Shown: piece after piece, positions 34,301 through 47,270 of the stretch
Layout of the letters: each line of letters starts with the position of its first letter
How positions within the stretch are numbered: position 1 is the stretch's first letter
Notes under the pieces: generated by a model
What the model was told of the DNA's origin: nothing
The model's input: the letters and a program-made list of their open reading frames with translations, nothing else
Database searches by the model: none
Origin: Octopus sinensis
Lineage: Eukaryota
NCBI RefSeq assembly: GCF_006345805.1
Contig: NC_042997.1
Coordinates: 57,722,001-57,786,000, forward strand
DNA length: 64,000 nt
Reading direction: 5' to 3'
Position numbers and translations under genes: made by a program

Positions 34301-37300
34301 TATGAGGGGAAAAAATCAGATTGTGTGAATTTTCCAAAAGTCAGTCCTCTCCCCACCCACCCCATTTGTTTGCACAAATTTTTGTTTTTATATTTGTTTA
34401 CTACATATTTTTCAACACCTATTAGAAATTTATTTTTGATGACCAGGAGTTAAAGTAAACATTAACCTGACTATCTATTACTACTATCACATAACAAAAT
34501 TCTCATTCTAACATTCCACTTCCACCACCATCATTTCTACTATCATCAGACAACACAACACACTGTAATGGCTACAGTCAAATACAAAAAAAAATGGCTT
34601 CTATCTAATATACTAAGCACTTACTTTCACAAACAGTCCTGTTTCCATCTGAAATAGAAGCTAGCATTAATATGAAACACAATCCTTACCTGTATTCAGT
34701 GGGGAAGTACCATCACTGCCCCCAACTGCATACAGATATCCACCAAGTACAGCTACACCTACTCCAAGCCTTCGGGTACTCATAGATGCCACTTTGGTCC
34801 ATTTATTTATCTGAGGATCATATCTGAAATTAAAAAAGAAAAAAAAAACATGTACAGCAGATTGAAGAAGGGACTGTGCCCTTGATCTTCCTAGATTCTC
34901 TGATGGATGAAAAAAAATTTGGTAGATAGTGGTTGTGTGCTTAACAAACTAAATAACTGATTGAAAACTAATATAGCTACAGTATAACACCACTTCTCTT
35001 AGCCAGTGTGACTAAGAAAAAATTTTATACACACTTCATAGCTATTTGCTAGTGAGAGTATTCTTCATCTATTGGGGAGATTCACAATCCAGTATTTTTC
35101 CATATATTTTAGTCTTGTAATACTACTTTCAAGTACATTCTAAGTTTCCCAGGTTAATGATTGAAATTCTTTTGGTTTTTTTCTTATTCTAGTACAAGTA
35201 TCATCAACAACTCGTATGCGAACATTGAAATTTGTAGAACTATGAAAAACCATCAAACTCTTAGACAAATAGATGTCAAGAAAAATAGACATTGTTATGC
35301 ATCTTTTTTTTTTTACTGCACTCATTGGTTCCAAATTATAGAGATAGCTTTCTTCTCTTCATTCAACATTTTAACAGTTTTCGTTGTTACTGATATGTTT
35401 CTATTCCAAACTACATTCATCATCATCATCATCATCGTTTAGCGTCCGTCTTCTAACACTAAATAAAACACTAAATAAAAAAGAAAATACTTTAATCTTT
35501 TTAAAAAGATTTAAGGGAAAAAAACTGCTTTCTGAAAATATATCTTTTAGCATTTTCTTATCAGATCATTATAAATACTATTTTATTTTACCTTACATCA
35601 GACCTCGCAAATTAATCTCGTCACCATAAAGCCAAAAGCTTAAAAGCTTAATAATTCTGTTTCCAAAATTTCACACTGAAGTAGTTTTTACCTGTCTTGG
35701 ATGTTACTGCTGTTACATCCAACAGAGGGCCATCTGACCAACTGACAAACATTAACTTATGACAATCTTCAACTGATTACAGATCAGTTGAATTAGTTGA
35801 ATTGATCATGGGTGCACTATCTCTTTATTCTGTCCCTTCTTGTTTGAACTATGCAGATGCCCTTTACTCACGCCCACTTGACACAATTGCCATTCCTTGT
35901 TTCATAATACTTGGTAAGTCTTATCTTTCAGATCCCAGAATAAACATCGTGTTCACTCATTACCCTCTGCAAATGTCATGAACACTGGTCTCCCATCCTC
36001 TCTTTCTAACGTATAACTACTCTCCAAGCATCTATGCTTTTTTTTCTGGTCTTACTTGGTTACTATTCATATAGCCAAAAGCTTATTGTAGTGTATTATA
36101 TCTTTTCCTTTGTAGTTACTACACATACTTGTTCCTTCAAATAATCTCTAGAATTTGAAATAAATTCATAATTTATCCTACTGAAATAGATTGTAGAACC
36201 TTAAAGGATTTTCTTAGCGCACAGATTCAACCTTGAAAGATGGGAAAAAGAGCCCAAAATACCTTTCTACAAAATTTAAGCAAGATACACCATCTTGGCC
36301 TCCAACTGCATACATGTGTCCATCCAATACAGCTACTCCAACACTTGTTCGACAAGAGCTAGTTGGTGCAACATCACTGCTCCACTGATTTGTTTGAGGA
36401 TCATATCTTCAAGTATTAAGAAAAAACAACATAATTGGAATTAGAAAAATATATGGAAGGAAAATAACAATTTACGTGTCTTACATTGTGACATTATAAC
36501 ATGGAAATGTTACTGATGTCTACATGTGATTTCATATTTATAATCATTTCAGATAATGACATTGTAACTAAAGTGTTAACAATGTCTGAATACCTGCCAT
36601 TAAAGGTCATAAGGTAAATTATGTACACTGTGTCAAGAAGACAGAGCGAATCTTCCAGAAAATATATATTCTGAGACCTTTGCTAAATAAATTTTGACAA
36701 GTACAGACTTCTGCGAATCTTCCAGAAAATATATTTTCTGAGGCCTTTGCTAAATAAATTTTGACAAGTACAGACTGCTGCTACTTAAATAGTCAAGCTA
36801 TTTCAGAAATACTAAGCATTTTTTCATCTCTTGAAGAAAATATTATCTCAGAAATCAAACATAAATTTCTAATAAATTTTTTTTATAATTGCAGTTCAAT
36901 TTATGTATCTGCTATGAAAATGAGGTAAGTTTTAATTAAATTTCCATGAATATATAGATGTAGAATATTTTTTAACATGACATTTGAACTCATGTATTTC
37001 CACAAAAGCTCCTACTTGCTCTCCAACATACAACAATCGATACATTTCAATATGAGGTTCACACTTTTATGATCTCATTCAATTACTTCATTCCAAGTTT
37101 ACTTACATCATAAATACTACTCAACATTGACTGCTATCACATGAACAGGTTAATACATAATGTCAAAGACTGTCAGTACATTCCTATTACAAAATGAATA
37201 TGTGATAAACTCTTACCTTTCAATGCTGTTTAAATAAGATTGTCCATCATGGCCTCCTACAGCATAAAGAAGGTCATTTAAGACAGCAACACCTACACCA

Positions 37301-40300
37301 CAGCGTCGTTTACTCATTGGTGCTACCATGCGCCATTCACTTGTCTGAGGGTCATATCTCTCAACGCTAGATATCGCATCACCACTACACCATCCACCAA
37401 CTGCAATTGAAGATTTTTAAGGATTATATATCAAAACAAGAAAAGTTTTTAAGATGAACAAACTGACTTATTTGTTTAGTTCAAATCAAAAAAGCAGCAC
37501 AACCACTCTCAAGAGAAATTTCATTTTTCATTTGCAATATGAAACTATATTTATCAAAAAGACAGAGTAAAAGTTTATTATTTATTAGCCACTGTTTGAG
37601 AGTTAAAGATAGCTGAATCAACAAGCTAGAACATATTTTGTTACTGCTGCTGCAATGTGATACTTGACTCTCAAAAGCTCTCAATAGGTACCACATGTTG
37701 TATGCAATTGCAGTGTAGTAAAATTTATGATTGTTTGCTTTAGATGCAATACTGATATCGGACCATCTTATAAACATGGGATATAATAAAAATGCTAACA
37801 ATATGGCTCTATTTTCAATTCTATGCCAACTATTCCAGCATAGATTTGAAAATAAATGAATCAGTGTTAATAGTAAACATACCATTTGCCTTAATGAGAA
37901 AAGATTTGAAACGGTCACAAGACTGTTAAATAAAGAAAAATATGCTGTGTAAAGAACAAGCCATTAAAAGTGGAGCAAGGAGAATATTTACCAGCGAACA
38001 ATACTTCTCCACAACGAATGGGTTTCCGAGGTCTTGTTCGTGGCCCCTGCATGAGGGGTCTTTCTTGAGGCAAGAGGAGGTAGTTTTTAGCTTCATCTAG
38101 CAGATCACGACAGGATTCATCACTTTTTATAAGCAGATCAGATCCTACAGTACCAACCAGGAACTTCGGACTCATCAAAGGGAGACGAACATGCTGTAAG
38201 ACCTATAAATGGATAGACATTTTAGAAATATTTCCTGTTATTCACACAAAGTCTATAAAAGCAATTAAAATATCCTTTACATTATAACATACCTTTACTT
38301 TGGGAGTTTTTATTAAAGTTTTCCTCTTCTGGTAAGGAATTTAGGTATCTAAGTAAATTATGAATTAGATATCTAAATAAATATATCTAACATTCAGTTA
38401 CGTATCCTAAGTAAAACTTCATGTGTAGATGTTGGAGTACATTAAGGTTGTACACATTGATCATGTTTTCATAGAAGCCATAAACAAATGTAAAAACAGT
38501 AATTTTCAATGGTACAACTTTAAAAAGCACACAAAAAATGTTGTTTTGTGAAGTTCACAGGTTCAAGTCTTATGTCATTCTTTGGCACCAAGACAACCTG
38601 AAATGAGCAGGCTTTTGATCAAAAGCATTCCAGTCATGACCATCTTTTAGTCAGCCATGGTATTTCTAGTACTATAATGTCCATTTTTTTTAAATAACAG
38701 GATGTGATTTAAGGTAAATTTGGTTGTTATTTCTTTCAGGTTGAAAAGAGCTCTCATTGGCATATTTTACATAATTGCCCCCAATAAAAGTTCAACGTTA
38801 GAATTCAAAATGAAGTGGCAGAATGGTTTCAGTTTGAATTGACTTGAGATTTGAAACTTCTGGAAGATTTGAAACTTAGTCACGAGGACACTACTTTGGA
38901 CAAGTTGCATAGAGCATGGTTCAATATTGGAAACACTGCTCCAATGAAACATGGTTGGCTTGTTAAGCCTAATATTGTACACATGGCTAAGTTATATTTC
39001 TTTGAGTATATCAGTCTGCTATTTCAGTTTTACAGATGGGTAGTTAGGAGTAAGCAATCAAATACCCAGTTTGCTGAGCTGTGGACAATATTAATGAAAA
39101 CATTATTTGATTCCAATATAATCATACTTGCAGAGAAAAATAAATGTGAAACTTTTATTTAAGAAATGTTGCAAGAATATTTCAAAAGGAATATTTATTT
39201 ATATACATTTGTTCGTTTACCAAAAATACAATTAATAGATTATTAAAGAATAAAGAATTCTGTATTGCTTGACATACAGTTGGAAGATGCTGCCTTCTCT
39301 CTTGGATATTGTAACGGACCCATGCCATGACAGCGTTGTAGACTTGTTCTTCACTTCGTACATTCAGCTCATCACTGGAGATTATATCAACAAGTTGATT
39401 CACAGGAAGTAATAAGAATTCCTCACTTTCCATCACCTACAAAAATTTAAACATTATCATTTGAAAATTCAAGTATCTCTGAAACTGCATTATAGTATGC
39501 TGGTCTAATTTGATTTAACATTCCCTGAAGAACTGATGTTCATTCTTGATACCAAGGTGAATTAAGATATGAACACCTGGCTCAATATCATAGCCACTCA
39601 GCTATTTTCCCTATACTTTTATTATGTTTGAAGTATTACACTGTGTAACGAAATTTTAATTTTTCTTTTTTTTTTTGTCTTTGGTCTATAAACGTTATTT
39701 CCTATTTGCCTTTATCTAGAAATCAAAGGAAATGACTACTATTCCCTTCAAACTTTGCTTTGTGACCTGGATATCAATGATTTGAAACTGACCAATTTTC
39801 CATTACATTTAGTGCAGAGTTACTGAAGCAGAAATATCATTATAGCAAATATCCTGCTCAGTACCACAGATTTGCTTGTCAGTTGCTTCACTATAACCAC
39901 TTGTGCATGTCCCATGACAATATGTGCAGGAGCATCATAGCAATGTGTTGAGAAGGATTCTTTGGGGTTTAAATAAATGTAACAAAAGCAAGGTTTGAAG
40001 GAAATAAATATTAGTTATTTTTCATACTTTCTAGGAGTAAGCAAAGAGGAAATAACAGTTACTACCCAGGGACAAAAATCGCGTTACACAGTATTATTTC
40101 ATTTGAAGAAGCTGTGACTAGTAAATTTATGAACACTCTTACTCTTGCACAAGTTTTAGTCATTAGACTGCAGCCATTCTAGGGCATTGCCTTGAAGGGT
40201 TTAGTTGATTAAATTGACACTAGTACTTATTCTTTAAGTATGGTACTTCTGTCAGATTCTGTTTTTACCAAACTACTATGTTACAGAGATATAAACAAAC

Positions 40301-41241
40301 TAACACAAACACAAATCACACACACATATTTGTGAGTGTGTGTGTGGTGTGTGTGTGTGAGTATACACACACATACACACAGATATATGATTGGCTCATG
40401 CATAGTTTCTATGTATCAAATTCACTCACAAGGCATTGGCCCACCTGGAGCTATAATAGAAAACACATGCCTGCAAGGTTTCATAACACCTACATATACA
40501 TATACATGTGCATGTATGTGTGTGTTTGTGTATACATGATGTATGTACACCACATGCATGCATGCACATAAATGATTGCTTGTTATAAGAAATCTGATTT
40601 ATGATAGAAATATGTAGAGATAGTGCGGTTAAGTGCTAAATATATTGATCAGTCATGGGAGCAAGAAAGCATTTGGTAATGCCTTTATCAATTGGTATTG
40701 CAAATACAAGAAATAAAACAGTATAAAAAAAAACGAAATTTACCTCTTGAAAGTTGTGTTGGGTAAATTTGTCAGCTATCCTTAGGAGGTCTCGGCAGGC
40801 ATGAGTATCAGCAAAGGCACGAATCCCAAGGCAATTGGATGGATCCAGTTGCCGTTTTAAGAACTCACAGCACACTTCTTGAATTTCAGCTAGCTGCAAT
40901 AAGCATGCAGCTGGCAGTAAAGTCTGTACATTGCTTTCTTCAACAGTAATGTTTGCAGTATAACAAAAGTCTATGAGAAGCTCCATGGCATTCTCGTCAA
41001 TGTCTCTTATGGTGACCTCAGTCTGACGGCTCTCTGCTAATTCTCCAGTGAACATGGCATGGAAGTAAGGACTGCATGCTGACAAAATCATACGATGAGC
41101 AAAAATCTTTCGTTGTCCAACAATAAGCACCACATCACACAGTTCTCTCAATTTCCGAAGAACATTGATGGCCTCTAATGTATGCCGCGGATGTTTATCT
41201 GAGGTGTAGGCCAGCCGTGCTGGAGACGGAGGGCGCTCCAT
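31156..41241 (-). CDS. KLHL20: Kelch-like protein 20 / diablo (BTB-BACK-6xKelch, CUL3 adaptor); 8 coding exons, 1731 nt, 576 aa from MERPPSP
   Basis: Exons 41241-40744, 39436-39278, 38202-37992, 37400-37217, 36406-36263, 34823-34690, 32484-32276 and 31347-31156 join through GT-AG introns (phases 0,0,1,2,2,1,0) with no stop. The protein follows KLHL20/diablo throughout ([67 protein letters not shown]). Confidence 0.97.
32276..32484 (-). CDS. KLHL20: KLHL20 coding exon 7
   Basis: aatctag|TT GAA CGC TAT GAT ... CGC AGT GGT|gtaagt; [11 protein letters not shown]...MTSRRSG. Confidence 0.95.
34129..34410. mobile_element. MITE with nested inverted repeats, in a KLHL20 intron
   Basis: Inner arms 34187-34220 / 34300-34335 and outer arms 34129-34179 / 34360-34410 are reverse complements with few mismatches. 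Confidence 0.65.
34690..34823 (-). CDS. KLHL20: KLHL20 coding exon 6
   Basis: atttcag|A TAT GAT CCT CAG ... AAT ACA G|gtaagg; [44 protein letters not shown]. This exon is missed by the ORF track. Confidence 0.95.
36263..36406 (-). CDS. KLHL20: KLHL20 coding exon 5
   Basis: cttgaag|A TAT GAT ... GTA GAA AG|gtattt; [47 protein letters not shown]. Confidence 0.93.
36646..36776 (+). repeat. Near-perfect 67-bp tandem duplication
   Basis: GCGAATCTTCCAGAAAATATAT.TTCTGAG.CCTTTGCTAAATAAATTTTGACAAGTACAGACT starts at 36646 and 36713. Confidence 0.9.
37217..37400 (-). CDS. KLHL20: KLHL20 coding exon 4
   Basis: attgcag|TT GGT GGA TGG TGT ... ATT GAA AG|gtaaga; [61 protein letters not shown]. Confidence 0.95.
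37992..38202 (-). CDS. KLHL20: KLHL20 coding exon 3
   Basis: atttatag|GTC TTA CAG CAT ... TTC GCT G|gtaaat; [22 protein letters not shown]...RCGEVLFA. Confidence 0.95.
39278..39436 (-). CDS. KLHL20: KLHL20 coding exon 2 (BACK domain)
   Basis: ttttgtag|GTG ATG GAA ... CCA ACT|gtatgt; [32 protein letters not shown]...RRQHLPT. Confidence 0.95.
40744..41241 (-). CDS. KLHL20: KLHL20 coding exon 1 (BTB domain); start codon provisional
   Basis: [22 protein letters not shown]...TQHNFQE|gtaaat. A likely acceptor (ttgttttccag) lies 43 nt upstream of the ATG, at 41285-41286. Confidence 0.9.
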
Positions 41242-41829
41242 TGTAGTAAAATAAAAAACAAAATAAAGGTTTTGTTTGCAAAATCTGGAAAACAAGTAAA
41301 ATTATTTCAAGTTATTTGAGGAATCAAAACAGAAAAGAACACACAAATTCATAAAATAAAAACATACTATGAGGGGTGTATAAAAAAAAAAATTCAGGTA
41401 TTAGTGTCGTAAACATTATCGAAACTTGAATGTTTTCTTTACACAATAATATAATTTAATTTCATGCACACAACATTTTTAAATGCATAATATTTTGTGA
41501 AATAAATAGAAAATGTGGCTGTTCATGTCTTGTAAATACGGAGACAGGAATAATATTATCATCATTTTAATGTTCACTTTCCTATACTCGCATGGGTCAA
41601 ACAATTAGTTGAGGGAAATTTTTTACGGCTGGATGCCTATCCTACTGCTAACACACACTTGTTTCAAAGTAAGGTAGTACTTCTCCCTGACCAAGCATGT
41701 TTTCTCAAAATATTAGAAACAAAGGACATCACTTACACAACAGTGACACTTGTTTACAACTACCACATACTGTCAAAGCAAGAAGACAGTAAACACACAC
41801 ACACACACCAACACATACATCTATATAAA

Positions 41830-41975
41830 CCAGATTTCTTTCAGTTTAGTGTACCAAACCCATTTGGTTAGCCAGGGGCTCGGGTAGAAGACACTTACCC
41901 AAGATGTCACACAGTGGGACTGAACCCAGCTCCATGTGATTAGGAAGCAAACTTCTTACCATACAGCCATACTTG
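41830..41975 (-). repeat. tRNA-derived SINE head; other copies at ~19490, 43770 (+), 47955, 52365, 57430, 58160
   Basis: The reverse complement reads GGCTGT.TGGTAAGAAG.TTGCTTCC.AA.CACATGG...GGGTTCAGTCCCACTG.GTG.CA.CTTGGG.AAGTGTCTTCTAC, recurring many times. Confidence 0.7.
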
Positions 41976-42388
41976 TGTCCATTAATGTCAGGTTCATCTT
42001 ATAGCACATCAATGAACTTTATATACAACTAGCAAACTTTCTTAATACTTCTCAAATCACTTGTTAATCTGTAATTTATCAGTGTTGCTAAGATAAAAGC
42101 TTTAACCATTTAAGCATTTAAACTGGCCATATCCGGCCCAAATATTTTACATGTTTAATGTGAAAACTGGCCAGCTTCTTGCACCTACCCTATAACATCA
42201 TTCTGAAAATAAATAACCACATCACCAAAATAAATAACCACATCACCAAAATCTTGAAACCACAAGATAATGCATGATTAATTCAAAATAAATAAGCATT
42301 ATGTTTGACAGAATAATCTGACTGTTAGAGGGTTAAAATATCCAGTTTACTTCTCCCTACTCTGCTTTCTATGAGGAAACAATAAATA

Positions 42389-43346
42389 CAGGGTGAGTCA
42401 AAATTTAACTTTTTTGCTATACATGTGCTCCTTTACTATGCCTCATAACCAGAAGTCACAGGGTGTCAGATCAAGGGAGTGTCACTGGTCTACCACGACC
42501 TATCCAACGATTTGGAAATGTTTGATTGAGAAAAGCACAAACAGTATGGGCAAAATGAGGCAGTGCACCATCCTGTTGGAAATACTCTGTCCGTATGATT
42601 CGTAGAGGTATTTCATCAATGGCAAACTCCTGCAGCATTTGTAAGTAGGCATTTGAAGTCACTGTTGGAGTTTCAAAGAAATAGGGTCCAATTATGCCAG
42701 TAGTGGTCACGGTACATCACACATTTACCTTTGCTCTTGAATGACACGTGGTTTTCAGTACCCCAGAAAATGGTGTTATGTCAGTTGACATAACTACTTG
42801 TATGAAAAATGGCTTCATCACTGAATTCCATTTGACTTACAATGTCCAGTTGGATATTTGTCATTTCAGCTAGAATCTGACAGCATTCCACATGAAACTG
42901 ATTTTGCTGAGTTGTCAAAACTTAGACAACTTGTATGCGATATGGTCTTTGGATAGGATTCGGCACATTGTTCTCTGTGGAATCCCTGTTTCCAGACTGC
43001 ATCGTCTCGTCGATTTAGATGGACTCCGGAGTACGGCCTGCTGCACAGCAGCAATGTTCAAGGTTCTTCTGCCTGATTTGGGCTGGCCTGCATTTCCTTG
43101 ATAGTTGTCTTTTACTGATCCAGTCGATACAAACTTGTCATGGATACGACAAATTGTTAAATGACTTGGTGGGTCACAATCTGGAAATCATTCAGCAAAC
43201 TTTTGATGCACTGTGTTGTTGACGAGCCAAACACTTCCATCAAGCTTGCAACCACCTTTCTTTGTTCCAATGTGAGTATGGCAGCTATAGGGAACGTCTA
43301 TCTGTAACAGAACAGAAAAGTGTTAACATAATTTTGACTCACCCTG
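42389..43346 (-). mobile_element. Internally deleted Tc1/mariner element (rosa/maT-like WIGRG type) with TIRs and TA TSD
   Basis: TIRs CAGGGTGAGTCAAAAT (42389-42404) and ATTTTGACTCACCCTG (43331-43346), with TA on both sides. Remnant peptides: TLEQRKVVASLMEVFGS...PPSHLTICRIHDKFVSTGSV and IIGPYFFE...YFQQDGALPHFAHTVCAFLNQTFPNRWIGRG. Confidence 0.88.
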
Positions 43347-46300
43347 TATATCTTCTCTTTACACACCCATCTAAAACATGATTTCTGTTTGAGTCAAGTG
43401 TTTATTATTTGACAGAATAATCTGAATGCTAGAGGCTTAAAATATCCAGTTTCATCCCTACTGTTTTCTATGAGGAAACATAACAAATATAAATATATCC
43501 TCTTTTTATGTACACCCATTTAAAACACAATTACTGAGTCAAGTGTTTACTATTTGTTTTATTAATATCATCCATTATGAATAATACAGATAGTTTAATG
43601 TGACACTGACAATGAAAACATTGTTTTTTAAGGAATGTCACAGTGGTTACAAAATGTTACAAAGGTGAAGAGTTCAAGCACTGAATAGTTATTCAATGGC
43701 CATGATTCTGAATGTCGCCCAGCAATGAATGTGTTTCAATTCATAGCTCTGATACTCACTCAGCTGTAAATATACTACTAGTCCCACTGTGTAGCACCTT
43801 GAATAAGTATCTTCTATTAAAACTTCAAGCCAATCAAAAGCTTGGGAGTAGATTTGGTAGGTGGAAACTGAAGAAACTTGTGGTGTGTCTGTGTCTCCTT
43901 GACCTGACATCATGTGGTAGCTGTAAATGATTATCAATGTCATAAAATCAGTATCATTCATTTCCAATATTCTGTGAAAACATGCCTGACCATGGGGAAA
44001 TCTTGCCTTACTTGGACATAAGTAAAGGAAGGGCATCCGGGTATAGGAAAAAATCTAACTCAATAAATTCCATCTGATCTCTTGCAGGCATGGAAAAATA
44101 GACATTGAAATGGATATATATATGATGGATGGATCTCAGTTAATTTCAATAAGCACTGGGCTATTAGATCAACTAAAATAATTTTAATCTGCAGTAACTA
44201 TGTAAATTCACAACACAGTCAGTCATCTGATATTTAATATTGTATTTTGGAATAAGCATCTTAAATACATGGACTAGCTTTACTATTCACGTCATTATTC
44301 TTTTAATCTTCAATCATACTCCTGGTGCAGCAAATATTAATGATTAAGAAATAAGTTGTTGATGAGAGACTATGAAAGAATACAGAAATTATTAATACAG
44401 CAATGTGTTCTGACCAAGATGCCCCTTCCAAAACATAATATGGGATACAAGTGTTCAGATCAAAACTCTTGCCGAACATGTTGATAAAGTAATACTATAT
44501 CAACTCAATCATTTTTATATAAGGCTAAACTGAGGAACTGAAAAAGAAAATACGAGCTGATAGACTATGAAACTTGAATCAACAAAATAAGAATAGACTA
44601 TTCCATCCCAAAAGCAACCTTCCCTACCCATGATAAAAATAAACCATGAACCGAAATTTATTTACAAATAGTTTTTGCTGTATAACCCCCAAGACAGTCT
44701 TGATCTTGTAAACCTATGATTAAAGATGATTAAACAAATCCTTATTTTTTCAAGTAGCATATTTAGTATGACATTGATGTGGCCCAAATTTAGACAGTAG
44801 CTGTGTTTGAGGGAGAAATAGCAGCTGTTTTTAGCAAGTTGAGCAGCCATATAGATTTTCACACAGTGGCGCACATGAAAATATTCTTTCCTACTCTAGG
44901 CACAAGGCCTGAAATTTTGGGGGTGGGTGACAGTCGATTAGATTGACCACAGTATTCAACTAGTACTTAAATTATCGACCCCAAAAGATGAAAGGCAAAG
45001 TTGATCTCGGTAGAATTTCACGTGAAAATATTATACAAGGTTAAGTGCACATTTAATTTCTATGATTTCTCTGTTTAAAATATGTATTTCTATTTCTAAT
45101 CTATTTTATAACTATTAGTTGAAGTTCAAAGAACACTTACCAACGAATACAACATAAATTGGCCAAACATTCCCTCCATTCCTTCATCACTTTAACAGAT
45201 AAGAGTCAACAGGTGCTCTGTAAGTCAGTCTTGACAGAGATGAGAACTTTTGGATTCATCTAGCTCTTATTTTCAACTTCTTTCAATGCTGATCATATTG
45301 CTAAATTCAAATAGTCAAATTTACCAGGTATATATTTGGTGCTGAAGATCCATCTTTTGAATACCACCATTACATAACTTACCAACATCAATATCATCAT
45401 AATCACCAGACTCAAAACCTATTTATATATTTGGGATTTTACTATTGCATCTACAAGAACCAACAGGAAAATATTGAAATTTAGAAGTCAATTCCTCGTA
45501 CTTGATGGAACAGTAATAGCCTTATTGTAAATTTCAGTTGATTCAATCCTCTACCATTTTGTGACATCACAGACATTCAAGAATGCCTCATTAACAATGT
45601 AGTTCTCATTTCCAAAACTATTTGTAGAAATGTGATCTGCTGATCAGAAAGGCAAATAACTCATTTTAGCATTTCAGAAAAAAATTTCATTTCCAATCCA
45701 CAGACTCTTAATACACACAAATTGTTGATCCTTGTTTTAGATTGTTCTTCACACTAACTTTTTACAACCTCTGGGGCAATCAAAAGAAAGAAGTGCTATC
45801 CAAACCATACATGTCTAACCAATAAAAGAACTAGATACAAATTAAAAACTGAAAAAAATGGGGAAAGGAAAAGAACAGTTCACATTATGATTTAGCTTTC
45901 ATTGTTTTATTCAATATTTGAAGCGATTCTGTTCAGCATATATTAGATATATGCTTTGGCTGGGACATTAATACAAACAAGTTACACAGATGAGTTTTAA
46001 TACCAAATTTCAATTTGCAGAGTTTCCTTATTGGTATTTAACGTACCAATTAAAAAGTTTTTGAAATTGGGAAGGCAAAACTCTATGGTTGTGCCAGCTA
46101 TAAATAAACCTCCAAATATGTTGCCATGTAAACAAATCTGATACTATGTAATTATGATGCAGCCAGATACAATATGTTTGTTATTATAAAGGCAGCTAAT
46201 TTGAAATGTAGCAATGCATAAGCAAAAGCCACTGAGAAGAGGGAACATTTTAAAGCAGCAGTGAATGGAATGGTCCACAAACTGACAAACTCAGCCCCCC

Positions 46301-46999
46301 CCCCACTCCTCAACTACATTATGGAAATAATTTGCCCCACTCTTTATTAATAAGAAGACAAATAGAGTTTGCTTCCAAATACTTCTTCCTTCTTTGATAT
46401 GTTGCAAAGCAACTTGTCCACCTCTTTTTTTTGCAATTCTCATTCCCCTTCTCGATTAGAAACAGTGTACTAGAAGTATAGCATGAACTGTCAGCTTGAA
46501 GAGAGCAAATTCAATTGTTTTTCTTAGTGTCTTGTAAAGGAGGAATACAATATCTTGAAGGACATCTTTTTACAAAATAAATAAATATATAAATATAATA
46601 AGAATTTACAAAAAAAAAAAACACACACACTCCATTTATTGCATTCATACTGGTTTAAAAACTGACCAGACCTTTACTTTTTCCTATTACACATCTTCAG
46701 CTCCTGCAGATTGAACTGTTAGGACAAGAAGTTGAAGGAGAAGGGGTAAGTGTATATGTATACATACATATGAATGTACATCACTATAAAGACATCCCCT
46801 CATTTTGCGGAACTATTACATTCCTGAAATTCTTGTTATAATGTGGAATTCCACACAAAAACTATTTTCCCCATTTACTACCATTTTTAACATGGAAGTC
46901 AGTCAACACAAAATAAATTTAGCATTATGGCAAGATTTTCAGGAATGCAATGCTTCCATTATGCAGGTGATGCTTGTACACGCAAACATACATACACAC

Positions 47000-47270
47000 A
47001 ACGAGATTAGAGTTAGCAACAAGGTCAGTAAGAATTTAGCATGCAGGTTGATGTCAATCAAAGCTCAGTTCTCAAGTCTTTCATATTTATTACAGTTTTC
47101 CAGTTCTAACATAGAAGTTTAAGACTGCCTGTTCATGGAAACTTCTGTATATTGATGACTTACTTCTCATTGCTGAATCTATTGAAGAATTAGATAATGT
47201 GTTCCAAATCTGGATGCAAGACATAGAACTAACTGGGCTTAAAGTAATCTTATTAAAGACAGAGGTTTTA
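47000..47270 (+). mobile_element. RTE LINE RT fragment
   Basis: Reads EFKTACSWKLLYIDDLLLIAESIEELDNVFQIWMQDIELTGLKVILLKTEV. Confidence 0.65.

Noticed and set aside
41240-41270. Possible AT-AC (U12) acceptor ...ttttactac| just before the KLHL20 ATG
   Set aside because: No TCCTTAAC-type branch point at the expected distance, and no matching ATATCC donor was identified.
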